Positions 49,509 to 60,276 of a stretch of 64,000 nucleotides of DNA are shown here, in pieces. Made by a program: the position numbers and the translations under genes. Below the pieces are notes generated by a model, which saw nothing but the letters and a program-made list of their open reading frames with translations, did no database searches and had not been told where the DNA came from. This DNA comes from a bacterium (GTDB lineage Bacteria; Electryoneota; Electryoneia; Electryoneales; Electryoneaceae). The DNA lies in the NCBI GenBank assembly GCA_963669175.1, contig OY769902.1, forward strand, positions 3,648,001-3,712,000. The letters run 5' to 3'. The stretch's first letter is position 1; every line of letters begins with the position of its first letter.

Positions 49509-52436
49509 ATGCGTTTTTACTTACTGGCAGTAGTATTCCTCCTGATGCTACTGACTATCCAGATTGTAAAATCACAACCATTTGAAAATGGTTTCGAATT
49601 CCCAATTGCGTTTTTCGATACCACCTCTTCTCCCTTCCTGCCGGCAAACCGTCCCAGTCCCATTGGACCAGAGTCAATTGTCACCATTTCAGAAGAAGGA
49701 CACTTCCTGGTTGGTGGCGAAAGAATTCGTTTTTTTGGCATGAACCTGGATAGCGACGCCAACTATCCACCCTATGAGCTGGCTGATTCCATAGCTGCAC
49801 GTCTGGCCTATCTTGGTGTAAACATTGTCCGCATCCACAAACTGGATCAGGCCTGGGATGGGCTGTCAATCTTCCTTGACGACAGCAACACGCGAACATT
49901 TGACATGGAAAAAGTGGATCGTGTTGACTATTTCATTTCACGTTTGAAGGCGCATGGTGTATACGTTGACATGAACCTGCTTGTTTACCGCAAGTTCAGA
50001 CCGGGTGATGGTGTAGCGAATGCCAACAGCATACCGGCAGGAGCGTCCGGTGTAGCTTTCTTTGATCAACAACTCATAGATCTTCAAAAGGAATACGCAG
50101 AATTTCTCCTTGGACATGTGAACCCGTATACGGGAATACCTTTAGCTGAAGATCCTGTACTGGCGATTATTGAAGTTGTCAATGAGAACTCGTTATATGA
50201 ATGCTGGTATAACAACCGTTTCAAACCATCGTGGGATGGTGGGGTGATGCTTCAGCGTCACCTGGATCAGCTTGACAGCATGTGGACAGCCTTCCTGCGT
50301 GAGAAGTATCAAACTCATACCAACCTGGAACTTGCCTGGCAGGGCGCATTCTGTCCGGAAACACCAATGCCTGATGGCGGTTTCGAAGAACAGTCCGCAG
50401 CTTCACCGTGGCAATTGCAGGTTATATCACCAGCAGAAGCTGAATTTGTGATCATTGAAGATGAAAACGCCCCCGAAGGAAATCACATTGGATCAGTAAC
50501 CATTACAGAATCTGCATCGAACAACTGGGCCATCAAGTTAGGACAAAATGGTTTTCCTGTATCCCCGGATTCCATCTACATTTTCAAATTCATGTCCAGG
50601 GCTGATCGAGTTACATCCTATACAGTAGCTGCGCAGGAAGCCGTATCACCTTACCGTCCCATCCAGTCAAAACTCATCAGCCAGAATACAGACTGGCGAG
50701 AAACGATTTTCACCTTTAAACCGACCGTCGAGATGCGTGATGTATTCCTCTCGGTTGCCCTGGGACGATCACGCGATACTTTCTATTTTGACGATTTTCG
50801 TTTCTTTTCCACAACAGGTGGAGGGTTGCAGGAAGGAGAAAACCTGGATTCCGGGACGGTAGCGATCATTCCCTACCAGTCAAGCGCTCTTTATACGGAT
50901 CAGCGAGTTGAGGATACCAGCGAATTTATAGCACAGGTTATGCTCACCTATTCTGACGATATGATTGAGTTCCTCCGTGAAGACTTGGGCGTCAATGCTG
51001 CAATTGATGTCATGAACTGGCGTTATGGTCCGGTAGATTTGCTTATACAGGAAAACTGTGATCTTGTCGACCAGCACTTTTACTGGGATTTGCCGCCTTC
51101 TCAAAATGTCTCCGATGACTGGTACATCCATAATCAATCCATGATCGCTGAACCCTATAACCCGGTTACAGCGGCCATTCCATATTCACTTGTTGAAGGG
51201 AAACCATATATCATCAGCGAGTTTAACCACATTTTCCCAAACCGTTATCAGTGTGAAGGATTGCCCATTATGACAGCTTATTTAAGCTATCATAACGTGG
51301 ATGGCATGTTCATTTTCCAGTATAATCACTCCGACAACTGGTCCAGCGACAGGATCGAAGGGTTCCATGAAGTAGATGCCAATCCTGTATTGCTGGTACA
51401 GTCAATGATTTCGTCGTATGCCTATAGAAATAACCTGATTTCCACTTCCGCATCACCACTGTCCTGCCAGATGAGCCGAGAAGATATTTATACCTGGCCC
51501 AAGTATTTCCCTGCCAACTGGGGGCTTCTGCCATATGATCGCCTGTTGATCTTTATGAGAAGCCTGAAACTTGAATCACTGGACGCAGACTCATCGACAG
51601 ACTTGACATACATCCCCATCCCATCAAATGAGTTTCAGACGGATACGGGTGAGACAACCTGGGACTTTGACGGTATGGTGTCTACTGTTGCGCCAGGCTA
51701 CATCACCATCACCGGGTTCCTGGATCACTATGAAGGCTGTGAGTATGGTCCTGTGATCCTGGAACAGGGGCCGGAACATGCGAGCCTGACCTGGATGTCA
51801 CTTACAGAAGATCAACTTGTAGAATCGCAAAAGTCGCTCCTGACATTTGTAACCCAGGCTCAGAATGAAGGCATGTCACTTGAGCCGTTGAATCCGACTC
51901 AATGGTGGTGTGATCGCAGTAACGGTGGCTGGGGCAATGCGCCCACCCAGGTTAGACCTGAGCAAATTTCCTTTGCTGTCACATCCTCAGCAGATTCATT
52001 GCGCCTGATTCCTCTCGATTCACATGGCCAACCACGCTACGATGACCAACGCTACTACTACCGGGATGCCAACAGCCGATTTTATATTGACCTGGACCAA
52101 TATGTTGACCAAACCCTCTGGTATGGAGTCGAACTATTCTTCTCGTCTCCCTCGGATTCAGACGGGGTTCTCCCGACAGCATTCCAGCTTGATGGATGCT
52201 ATCCGAACCCATTCAACAACTCGACCCGGGTTATATTTAAGCTGTCATCTGCGCAAACATTGAGGCTTACAGTATTTGATATCCTTGGACGAGAAGTTTC
52301 ACATCAATACATGTACGGAAAACCAGGAACAAATAAGGTGACGATTGCCCTTGAAAATCACTCCAGCGGAATCTATTTCTGCAGGTTTGAGGGGCAGAAT
52401 GTGTCGGAAACTCTGAAAATGACACTTTTACAGTGA
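49509..52436 (+). CDS. Secreted glycoside hydrolase (clan A, GH5-like) with an inserted CBM4/9-like domain and a T9SS sorting domain
   Basis: GERIRFFGMN, GVNIVRIH, HVNPYTG, NENS (acid/base), IISEF (nucleophile), DGGFEE CBM-like start, CYPNPFN tail. Confidence 0.75.
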   Translation: MRFYLLAVVFLLMLLTIQIVKSQPFENGFEFPIAFFDTTSSPFLPANRPSPIGPESIVTISEEGHFLVGGERIRFFGMNLDSDANYPPYELADSIAARLAYLGVNIVRIHKLDQAWDGLSIFLDDSNTRTFDMEKVDRVDYFISRLKAHGVYVDMNLLVYRKFRPGDGVANANSIPAGASGVAFFDQQLIDLQKEYAEFLLGHVNPYTGIPLAEDPVLAIIEVVNENSLYECWYNNRFKPSWDGGVMLQRHLDQLDSMWTAFLREKYQTHTNLELAWQGAFCPETPMPDGGFEEQSAASPWQLQVISPAEAEFVIIEDENAPEGNHIGSVTITESASNNWAIKLGQNGFPVSPDSIYIFKFMSRADRVTSYTVAAQEAVSPYRPIQSKLISQNTDWRETIFTFKPTVEMRDVFLSVALGRSRDTFYFDDFRFFSTTGGGLQEGENLDSGTVAIIPYQSSALYTDQRVEDTSEFIAQVMLTYSDDMIEFLREDLGVNAAIDVMNWRYGPVDLLIQENCDLVDQHFYWDLPPSQNVSDDWYIHNQSMIAEPYNPVTAAIPYSLVEGKPYIISEFNHIFPNRYQCEGLPIMTAYLSYHNVDGMFIFQYNHSDNWSSDRIEGFHEVDANPVLLVQSMISSYAYRNNLISTSASPLSCQMSREDIYTWPKYFPANWGLLPYDRLLIFMRSLKLESLDADSSTDLTYIPIPSNEFQTDTGETTWDFDGMVSTVAPGYITITGFLDHYEGCEYGPVILEQGPEHASLTWMSLTEDQLVESQKSLLTFVTQAQNEGMSLEPLNPTQWWCDRSNGGWGNAPTQVRPEQISFAVTSSADSLRLIPLDSHGQPRYDDQRYYYRDANSRFYIDLDQYVDQTLWYGVELFFSSPSDSDGVLPTAFQLDGCYPNPFNNSTRVIFKLSSAQTLRLTVFDILGREVSHQYMYGKPGTNKVTIALENHSSGIYFCRFEGQNVSETLKMTLLQ

Positions 52437-53126
52437 TTCAGCTTTTGCTTTTGCAGACCATTTGTAGCCGACTTTGTACACGGTTTCAATTGATGCTTCC
52501 GTTATTCCCTGCTGGTCCAGACGTTTACGCAGATGAGAAACGTGCGTATCCACAGTCCGGTCGGTAATGTCCTCCCGCAGTCCCCAGACTTCATTTATAA
52601 GGTATTCTCGCGACAATACCTTATCCGGCTGACTGACCAACAGGTACAAAAGATCAAATTCCTTTGGAGCCAGTTGAACCGCTTCACCACGCATCTCGCA
52701 CTGCCTCGCCTCGGGATCAACCATAACCCCGGCAGAATTTGCAACCATCATGGATTCGATATAGCCACTACGCTTCAACACCGCGCGAATACGTGCGATC
52801 AATTCCGGCAAAGAGAAAGGTTTGGTGACATAGTCGTCACACCCGGCCTGAAAACCGTCCAGGCGTTCCCATTCATTGCCTTTTGCCGTCAGGATGATAA
52901 CCGGAGTGTGAATCCTGATCTTCCGCATTTCTTTCAGTATATCCAGACCGTCCATTTTGGGAAGCATCAGGTCCAGTACGATCAGATCCGCCTGGCCTGC
53001 CCGAACTTCATCCCATCCCCTGCGCCCATCGGAAGCAAGGGTGGTGCGAAATCCGGACAGGTCAAGCGTACGCTGTAACCGTGGTCCCAAATGCGGATCA
53101 TCTTCAATGATCAGAATATGCGCCAC
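52428..53126 (-). CDS. OmpR-family response regulator
   Basis: IIEDD, LDLMLPKMDG, DDYVTKPF, winged-helix RTVDTHVSHLRK and ETVYKVGY. Confidence 0.93.
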   Translation of the reverse strand: MAHILIIEDDPHLGPRLQRTLDLSGFRTTLASDGRRGWDEVRAGQADLIVLDLMLPKMDGLDILKEMRKIRIHTPVIILTAKGNEWERLDGFQAGCDDYVTKPFSLPELIARIRAVLKRSGYIESMMVANSAGVMVDPEARQCEMRGEAVQLAPKEFDLLYLLVSQPDKVLSREYLINEVWGLREDITDRTVDTHVSHLRKRLDQQGITEASIETVYKVGYKWSAKAKAESL

Positions 53127-53366
53127 GCTTTTACTCCTTCTCTTCCCGGTTCAGATACCGTCAGGTCACACGCACGAAACAACATGTGCGCAAGACCTGA
53201 CGGAACCTGGAAACTTGTGTTACTTCAAAAGATCGCGTAAGGCTTTACACTTCTTCAATACTCACTTTGTCAGGATCTGACAATAAATGAAGTGCAAGCA
53301 AAACCTAGCCTGTTGTGTCAGGTCTTGCGTCGCGAAGCGGCGTGTGACCTGACACTATTCTGCAAC

Positions 53367-55094
53367 TCATGCACAAGGAAACAGCATTTCAAACCGTGCG
53401 CCACCAATGGAATTGTCATTCACAGTGACACTTCCCTTATGAATCGTGGCAATCTCTTTTACCAGCCACAATCCCAATCCCAGCCCGGTTGCTCCGGTAC
53501 CGGCGTCACCTTTGGTATGACCAAACGGTTTAAAGATAAACTTCCGGTCTTCCTGGGACAAACCACCGCCGGAATCATCGACACGAATCCGAATCTGTCC
53601 GTCCGTACGATCAAGGTTCACCCGTACCATACCACCGGCTTGAACGGCTTGACTGCGTTGCTTGCGGACATGGCGCAAGCTGTTATCCAGCAGGTTATCC
53701 AGCGCCAGGGCGATCAATTCACGGTCGGCATTACAAATGTATTCCTTCTCTGCAATTTCCACCTCAAAGCCAACCTTGTGGTAACTGAAATGCTTCTCCC
53801 AGCTCTTTGTCACGTTACTGACAATCGCACCAAGGTCTTCCCTTTGCGCATGCAGGTGCAGCTTGCCCTGTTCCAGGCTGCGCGCCGTACTCTCAACAGC
53901 ACGCTCCATGCGCTGGCATTCTTCATCCATCTCAGCCAGTACTGATTTTTCTTCATCCGGCGACGCGACCAGTCCTTCTTTCAAGGTATCCAGATCCAGC
54001 CGTATTCGGGTCACCGGCGTCCGCACCGCATGGGCAAGATGCGACATGGCGATGCGGTTACGCCGGGCCTGGAGGTTCACTTGCCGAATGGCGATAATGA
54101 TCAGTGTTGCCAGGAGAAGCGCCAATACTTCTATTGAGATCATGACCACAGTCATCTTCTTGAATTGACCGGTCCTGAATTCTGTGTAGCTCAGGAACTC
54201 TGCCTTGACATAGACAACGAACCCGAATTCCTCCATGCCCATGTAATACAGTACTGGAAAATCGTTTGCCAGGGCTTCCTTTGAGAAGAGATCATAGCTG
54301 GGATCGCCATGCCACCACAACGTATCCTGACCGTTCCAGATGCCGATGGTTTGCTTCCATGTACAGTTAGCGCTGCTCCAGGGATCACGATCCTCGGTCC
54401 ACCAATCCGGCGCTTCGTCCACATTCCACTGCTCCCTTGGTCTGGGAATAGCCGCAAAATTCAAGGGAATATTGTCGTTTAACGCGCTGTCCAGATAGGC
54501 TGGCATCATTTCAAAGAACCAGTTCCGGTCTACTACCAGCCCGAACACCTGGTCAGCATTGGCTGGCGAATAGGTGTTATGATAGCGCACCAGGAGAAGA
54601 ACAGTATCTTTAAGGGTAGGTGAAAATGCCAGCTCGTAACGCACTTGACGACCGTAGGTGCGTGTGCCTAATCGGAGCCAACCTTTAGCCGGATCTTCAT
54701 CGCGTCGGTCCAGTTGTTGAAATAATGAATCGATTGGCACGGTCTGGTTTTGAGTCCAGCCGGAGTGGGTCGGAAAATCGAGCCGAAAGGCATCCAGAAC
54801 GCCACCCATTTCTCCCATTCCGGATAAGTGATCTTCCAGTTGCGCATCCGGCAGGTTAAGACTGTCTGTCTCAAGCAAAGCAATCACATGATTGGCCCAG
54901 AATTCATCCAGCTCCTGCTTGATTGTCGTAACCAACCGCAGGTTAGCGCCCATATTTGTTTCCTGCATGTTGCCGTAGGTATGTCGTTCCTGGAGAAAGA
55001 ACAACCAGATAAATACGTGCAGTACAAAAACAGCTACCCCAACCACACTCAGGGCAATGACTGTTCCCCGCTTCATCGTCTTGATCGCTGCCAT
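53367..55094 (-). CDS. Membrane sensor histidine kinase
   Basis: Two TM helices, AHAVRTP H-box, NLLDNS, DDSGGG, GLGLGL; GAGGAG RBS before ATG 55094. Confidence 0.85.
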   Translation of the reverse strand: MAAIKTMKRGTVIALSVVGVAVFVLHVFIWLFFLQERHTYGNMQETNMGANLRLVTTIKQELDEFWANHVIALLETDSLNLPDAQLEDHLSGMGEMGGVLDAFRLDFPTHSGWTQNQTVPIDSLFQQLDRRDEDPAKGWLRLGTRTYGRQVRYELAFSPTLKDTVLLLVRYHNTYSPANADQVFGLVVDRNWFFEMMPAYLDSALNDNIPLNFAAIPRPREQWNVDEAPDWWTEDRDPWSSANCTWKQTIGIWNGQDTLWWHGDPSYDLFSKEALANDFPVLYYMGMEEFGFVVYVKAEFLSYTEFRTGQFKKMTVVMISIEVLALLLATLIIIAIRQVNLQARRNRIAMSHLAHAVRTPVTRIRLDLDTLKEGLVASPDEEKSVLAEMDEECQRMERAVESTARSLEQGKLHLHAQREDLGAIVSNVTKSWEKHFSYHKVGFEVEIAEKEYICNADRELIALALDNLLDNSLRHVRKQRSQAVQAGGMVRVNLDRTDGQIRIRVDDSGGGLSQEDRKFIFKPFGHTKGDAGTGATGLGLGLWLVKEIATIHKGSVTVNDNSIGGARFEMLFPCA

Positions 55095-55215
55095 GTTTTC
55101 ACTCCTCGCTGTTGTTAACTGCACGCAAGATAGAATACGGATTCAGACGAGTTGTTATGAAGTTATGAAGAGACAAAATGGCAGCATTCAGTTTCACGAC
55201 ATCGACAAAACATGC

Positions 55216-55456
55216 GCGAAAAACGGGACTGCTACCTTTTCATTTACAACAAATTAGGAACCTATCAACCAAGAGTTTCCGAAAAGGTAGCTGTACCAGA
55301 TTTTTCGCTGGCTGTTACTTCATGCGGATTGAAATATGCCGGGACAGCTACCTTTTTCGCTTGATTGTCTCGTATGGGTTAATCTTATTCGAAGACTGCA
55401 AAATGACATCACAGTCGCCTTCATAGGCACATGCGAAAAAGTGTAGCAGTCCCCAT
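55216..55456. repeat. Four-unit GTAG-type REP doublet cluster, copy A
   Basis: Units near 55216-41, 55281-308, 55336-60 and 55433-56 in alternating orientation, core GGGACWGCTACMYTTT. Confidence 0.8.
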
Positions 55457-55482
55457 ATTCCGATATTCTTGAGAATACCAGC

Positions 55483-55511
55483 AAAAAACCCGAGGCATAC
55501 ACCTCGGGTTT
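55483..55511 (-). terminator. Rho-independent terminator after groEL
   Basis: AAAAAA-CCCGAGG-CATACA-CCTCGGG-TTT on the + strand. Confidence 0.85.
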
Positions 55512-55539
55512 GGATATTTCTATGAAAGACTGAATCAGC

Positions 55540-57174
55540 CTAGTACATGCCTCCGCCCATGCCGCCACCCGGCATCGGGGGCATAGCAGGCGCGTCTTCC
55601 TTGGCGTCGTTGATCGTCGCTTCGGTCATCAGCAGAACGGATGCGACAGACGCGGCATTTTCCAGTGCGGTACGGGTAACCTTGGTCGGGTCAATGACAC
55701 CGGCGCTCAGCAGGTTGTCGTACTTGCCGGTCAGGGCGTTGTAACCGAAATCATCCTTGCCGTGCTTGACTTCGTTGACCACGACAGCGCCTTCAACACC
55801 GGCGTTGGTGGCAATCATGCGAAGCGGCTCTTCCAGGGCGCGCAGGATGATATGACGACCGATTTCCTCGTCGCCTTCGAAACTGACTTTTTCCAGGGCC
55901 GGAAGGGTGCGAACCAGGGCGACACCGCCACCAGGCACGATACCTTCTTCGACTGCGGCGCGTGTAGCATGCAGGGCATCTTCCACACGGGCTTTCTTTT
56001 CCTTCATCTCGACTTCAGTCGCGGCGCCGATATGCAGCACGGCAACACCGCCGGCCAACTTGGCCAGACGTTCCTGCAACTTTTCACGGTCGTAGTCGGA
56101 TGTGGTGGTTTCGATCTGCTTCTTGATCTGCTCGATACGGGCCTTGATATCGGTAGCTTCGCCAGCGCCTTCGACGATCGTGGTGTCGTCCTTGGTCATA
56201 ACGATGCGCTTGGCTGTGCCCAGATCATCCAACTGGGTGTTTTCCAGCTTGAAGCCGGCATCTTCGCTGATGACACGGCCACCGGTGAGGATGGCGATGT
56301 CTTCGAGCATGGCTTTACGACGGTCGCCGAAGCCCGGAGCCTTCACGGCCGCGATCTTCAGGGTGCCACGCAGCTTGTTGACCACGAGGGTCGCCAGCGC
56401 TTCGCCTTCAACTTCTTCCGAGATGATCAACAGGCCCTTGCCCATCTGGGCAACACGCTCGAGAATCGGCAGGAGGTCTTTCATGACGCTGATCTTCTTG
56501 TCGTAGATCAGGATCATCGGATCTTCGAGAACTGCTTCCATGTTGTCGGCATCAGTCACAAAGTAGGGAGACAGGTAGCCACGGTCGAACTGCATACCCT
56601 CGACCACTTCCATATAGGTATCAATACCCTTGGCTTCGTCAACGGTGATAACGCCGTCATTGCCGACCTTCTCCATGGCGTCCGCGATCAGCTTGCCGAT
56701 TTCATCGTCGTTATTGGCGGAAATAGCGCCAACCTGGGCGATGGTGTCACGGCTGCCGCCGACTTCCTTGGACAGGTTCTTCAGTTCGCTCACGACCACA
56801 CCGACGGCCTTGTCGATACCACGCTTGAGCAGCATCGGGTTGGCGCCGGCCACGACGTTACGGAAACCTTCAGCGACAATCGCCTGGGCCAGAACGGTTG
56901 CTGTGGTGGTGCCGTCACCAGCGATATCCGAGGTTTTGCTGGCAACTTCACGGACCATCTGGGCGCCCATGTTCTCAATGGGATCTTCCAGTTCAACTTC
57001 CTTGGCTACGGTGACGCCGTCCTTGGTTACGGTCGGGGCGCCGAACTTCTTGTCAATGACCACATTGCGGCCACGGGGACCAAGAGTAACCTTCACAGCC
57101 TTCGCCAGCTTGTCTACACCGCGCTTCAGGCCATTGCGGGCTTCCTGATCAAATACGATCTCTTTATGTGCCAT
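55540..57174 (-). CDS. groEL: Chaperonin GroEL
   Basis: [29 protein letters not shown]-rich tail. Confidence 0.98.
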   Translation of the reverse strand: MAHKEIVFDQEARNGLKRGVDKLAKAVKVTLGPRGRNVVIDKKFGAPTVTKDGVTVAKEVELEDPIENMGAQMVREVASKTSDIAGDGTTTATVLAQAIVAEGFRNVVAGANPMLLKRGIDKAVGVVVSELKNLSKEVGGSRDTIAQVGAISANNDDEIGKLIADAMEKVGNDGVITVDEAKGIDTYMEVVEGMQFDRGYLSPYFVTDADNMEAVLEDPMILIYDKKISVMKDLLPILERVAQMGKGLLIISEEVEGEALATLVVNKLRGTLKIAAVKAPGFGDRRKAMLEDIAILTGGRVISEDAGFKLENTQLDDLGTAKRIVMTKDDTTIVEGAGEATDIKARIEQIKKQIETTTSDYDREKLQERLAKLAGGVAVLHIGAATEVEMKEKKARVEDALHATRAAVEEGIVPGGGVALVRTLPALEKVSFEGDEEIGRHIILRALEEPLRMIATNAGVEGAVVVNEVKHGKDDFGYNALTGKYDNLLSAGVIDPTKVTRTALENAASVASVLLMTEATINDAKEDAPAMPPMPGGGMGGGMY

Positions 57175-57211
57175 CTTTTTAACTCCTCTTAAAAGCTGCT
57201 TGTGTTACAGG

Positions 57212-57511
57212 TTACTTCTCTAAGACACCAAGAATATCGCTGCGATTGACCAGCAGGAACTCCTCGTCGTCAACCTTGACTTCAGTGCCGCCGTACTTGG
57301 AGAACAGGACACTGTCACCAACCTTGATCAGTTCTGACAAGGGCTTGCGATCCAGATCCTTGTTTACAACATCATCACCCAAAGCGACTACTTTGCCGAC
57401 CTGGGGACGTTCTTTTGCTGCGGTATCCGGAATAATAATTCCGCCAACCTTGCGCTCTTCTTCTTCCACGACCTTCAAGAGTACGCGTTCATCAATCGGA
57501 CGTACCTTCAT
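57212..57511 (-). CDS. groES: Co-chaperonin GroES
   Basis: GGIIIPDTA, KVGDSVLFSKYGGTEV. Confidence 0.97.
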   Translation of the reverse strand: MKVRPIDERVLLKVVEEEERKVGGIIIPDTAAKERPQVGKVVALGDDVVNKDLDRKPLSELIKVGDSVLFSKYGGTEVKVDDEEFLLVNRSDILGVLEK

Positions 57512-57569
57512 CGTAGATCCTCCTGGTTTTTAAAAGTTACCCATAGCTGGGTGGTTTCGCTTTGCCGCC

Positions 57570-57596
57570 CTGGCACTCTCCCGTTGGATGTGCTAA
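57570..57596. promoter_or_regulatory. CIRCE element (HrcA operator) 1
   Basis: CTGGCACTC-N9-ATGTGCTAA upstream of groES. Confidence 0.75.
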
Positions 57597-57655
57597 ATCA
57601 AGCTGTATGACAAAGCCTACCATGTTATGAATATCAATAGCTTACAAAAAGAAAA

Positions 57656-57682
57656 CTAGCACTCATCAGAGTTGAGTGCCAA
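57656..57682. promoter_or_regulatory. CIRCE element (HrcA operator) 2
   Basis: CTAGCACTC-N9-GAGTGCCAA. Confidence 0.85.
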
Positions 57683-57954
57683 TGATCAGAAACATAGGTT
57701 TCCAACCGCATTGAGTCAACGATCAATGTACCCGCCGTCTCTGCAAGGGGTGTGCCGAACTCCGGTTTGCTCTCAACCGGTTTCCGCACCTCCCATTATT
57801 GCCCCGTTATACCCTTTCTCCTCCATCCTGTTCCCTGCTCCCTCTTCACGGCGCAACTCCAACAGCGTAGCACCCTTGCAGGTCAAACCTGTATATTGAG
57901 CCTGATCGATTCAGCAGAATTGTCCAGACAGGTTTTCAAACTGAGCAGGAAAGC

Positions 57955-60021
57955 GTGAAGTCTTCCAGAGAGCCATTTCAGCCAGACAGATTCTCTTTCA
58001 TACTGGCACACTCTCGCAATAAAGGCAGAATGCCTGTCATTGTGGCAGTAGTCTTCTCCCTTCTATGCTGTATGGCTTTGCCTTCGTTTGCCCAGACTTC
58101 ATCTGAAAATCCGAAAAAGCCGCCTATACCTGGATCAAAACCGGTTCCATCTGCGTTGCCTGCCGAATCGGACAGCACGCTGCTTCCCTATGACAGCCTG
58201 GCTACCGATTCGCTTGCCGACCAGCGACGCCGACGCCAGCGTTCTGCGCCAGCCTTTGTTCCGGACACAACTGCCCCGGCTCCGGCATTATTCCCGGCCA
58301 TGCGATTCGAACGGGATGTTTTCTGGCGTATTTCTTATAAGGATGCCGGTGAAGCGATTGGAATCGCACCGGGCTTGTTCCCGCGTCAGAGCAGTTATTA
58401 CGCGGAACCGTTCCACCTGACACCTCCCGGCGGCGACGGACGTGACCTGCTGGTTCTTTACCGTGGACGTCCTTTCAATGATCCCGTCACCGGGGCAGCA
58501 ACCATGAGCGCCTTTGCTGTGGAAGAAATGGCCTCTTATGACCTGTCGCCCACATGGTCCGGCGTTGGCCCTTCCTCCTCCGGTCCGGTGCTCAAGTTGA
58601 ATCAGCCATATCGTTACCCGGTGAAGCCGATGACACGTGTTATCTATCGCCAGGGGTTCTACGGCCTGGGGCATGCCGACTGGCGTATTCAGCAGAAAGT
58701 GTCGCCGTATTTCCGGTATTACTTCGGTCTTGATTATGGGCAGTATGAGGGACGCAAACCCAACACCGATTCACAGCCGACCTGGATACGTCTGGGTGGA
58801 CGTCAGAAGCTCTACGATTGGGGCTATCTTGACTTCGCCTGGATGCAGAACCGCATTGAATATGGTTATGCAGATCGATCCGGCATACGGCGTACACACC
58901 GGAACGATGTCGATCTCGCCTTCACCCGGAATACCCATGGCGACAGCCTGCGTTGGACTGCTGCTGGCTGGTACGTCCGTTCTGAACGGAAATACTACCG
59001 GGGTAAAGAGGACGGCAACCGTCTCGGCTTCCGGTTTAACCACCAGCGACAACTGACAAATCGTGAAGTAGAACTACAGTTGGATGTAGAGCGTACAGCC
59101 GCCCTGTTCGGCACTTTCCCGGTAATTGAGAATCCCAAGGGTGACCGTACTGTCGCAGGCCTGACCGCCTCAGACAAGTTGACATTGGACCTGTTCACGG
59201 CGGGGTTGAGCCTGCGTGCGGAAACAGGCAATCGTGCCGAAAAGGCGGATGGCAGTGGTGAACGCTGGCTGACACGTTTCGGCGGAACAGTGAACGCAGA
59301 ACTGGGTGACTCCACCGGACATGGCCTGCTGGGACTGGCGACATTGGGTTGGCGCTGGCCGTCGCTGGATGAATCTTACGGTTTCTGGAAAACCAATACC
59401 CCGGAACGCTACGTGGACCTCTTCCCCGTCCCGGATTCGATTCTCAGTTATTCCGGCAATGGCGCTCTGGATCCTGTGGGCGGTCTGTTTGCCGGCGGCG
59501 GCTATCGTTACCGTATAAATGAACGCTACCATCTTCGGGTCATGGCTGGCTATCGAAAATATATTGATCCGATCAACGTGGTAATGACCGCGCCGAAAAC
59601 GTATACTCGTGAAACCGGTGACGATGTGGATGGCCTGGAGGTGACCGGATTCGCCTGGCTGCCGGTTTGGGGGCCGTTCTCGACCACGGGAAGCTGGACC
59701 ATGAGCAGCCTGCCCGATGAAGGTGTCCCCATCCCCAACGAATGGGGATTCGCCGGACTGCGGTACGAGCAGTTCTTCTACAATGGTCAATTACGCTGGC
59801 GGGCAACTGCCGACGCGCGATACTGGGGTGATTACACCTACCTCGGCGTCACTGAAGAAGGTCGCTGGCACTTCAACGGCATGATCTCCGCAAAAGTTCT
59901 GAGCTTCGAAGTCTACTTCGGGTACAACAACTTCCTCAGCAACCTGTACGAATTCCAACCCGGCTATCCCTCCATGTTCCGTGAAGAATTCTGGGGAGTG
60001 CGCTGGACGCTGTGGAATTAG
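57955..60021 (+). CDS. Putative outer-membrane beta-barrel protein (TonB-receptor or putative-porin-like); true start may be ATG 58030
   Basis: Signal peptide, plug-like segment, alternating beta strands, C-terminal WGVRWTLWN. Confidence 0.65.
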   Translation: MKSSREPFQPDRFSFILAHSRNKGRMPVIVAVVFSLLCCMALPSFAQTSSENPKKPPIPGSKPVPSALPAESDSTLLPYDSLATDSLADQRRRRQRSAPAFVPDTTAPAPALFPAMRFERDVFWRISYKDAGEAIGIAPGLFPRQSSYYAEPFHLTPPGGDGRDLLVLYRGRPFNDPVTGAATMSAFAVEEMASYDLSPTWSGVGPSSSGPVLKLNQPYRYPVKPMTRVIYRQGFYGLGHADWRIQQKVSPYFRYYFGLDYGQYEGRKPNTDSQPTWIRLGGRQKLYDWGYLDFAWMQNRIEYGYADRSGIRRTHRNDVDLAFTRNTHGDSLRWTAAGWYVRSERKYYRGKEDGNRLGFRFNHQRQLTNREVELQLDVERTAALFGTFPVIENPKGDRTVAGLTASDKLTLDLFTAGLSLRAETGNRAEKADGSGERWLTRFGGTVNAELGDSTGHGLLGLATLGWRWPSLDESYGFWKTNTPERYVDLFPVPDSILSYSGNGALDPVGGLFAGGGYRYRINERYHLRVMAGYRKYIDPINVVMTAPKTYTRETGDDVDGLEVTGFAWLPVWGPFSTTGSWTMSSLPDEGVPIPNEWGFAGLRYEQFFYNGQLRWRATADARYWGDYTYLGVTEEGRWHFNGMISAKVLSFEVYFGYNNFLSNLYEFQPGYPSMFREEFWGVRWTLWN

Positions 60022-60038
60022 TGACTTGCTGACAGGAA

Positions 60039-60276
60039 ATGGGGACTGCTACACTTTTACGCTTGCGAATATGCCAAAAGTTTAAACTATGTTTGATTTA
60101 GACGCAAAACTTTGATTTTTGTAAAAATATATTGCGTAAAAGGTAGCTGTCCCAGCATTTCCCTGACCGAACATACCCTTTGCAGGCGAAAAATCTGGTA
60201 CAGTTACCTTTTCATCAACATTGAATGCAACAACTTGTATCTGTGCCCGTGAAAAGGTAACAGTCCCATTTTTCGC
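60039..60276. repeat. Four-unit GTAG-type REP doublet cluster, copy B (inverted relative to copy A)
   Basis: Units near 60039-62, 60134-58, 60186-213 and 60251-76; the reverse complement has the same unit order as copy A. Confidence 0.8.

Noticed and set aside
55216-55456. CRISPR array interpretation of the repeat clusters (also 60039-60276)
   Set aside because: The units alternate in orientation, spacers are uneven (27-72 nt) and there are no cas genes in the window; REP doublets fit better.
55762-57192. 476 aa ORF on the + strand
   Set aside because: It is the antisense shadow of groEL, produced by strong codon bias; it has no recognisable motifs.
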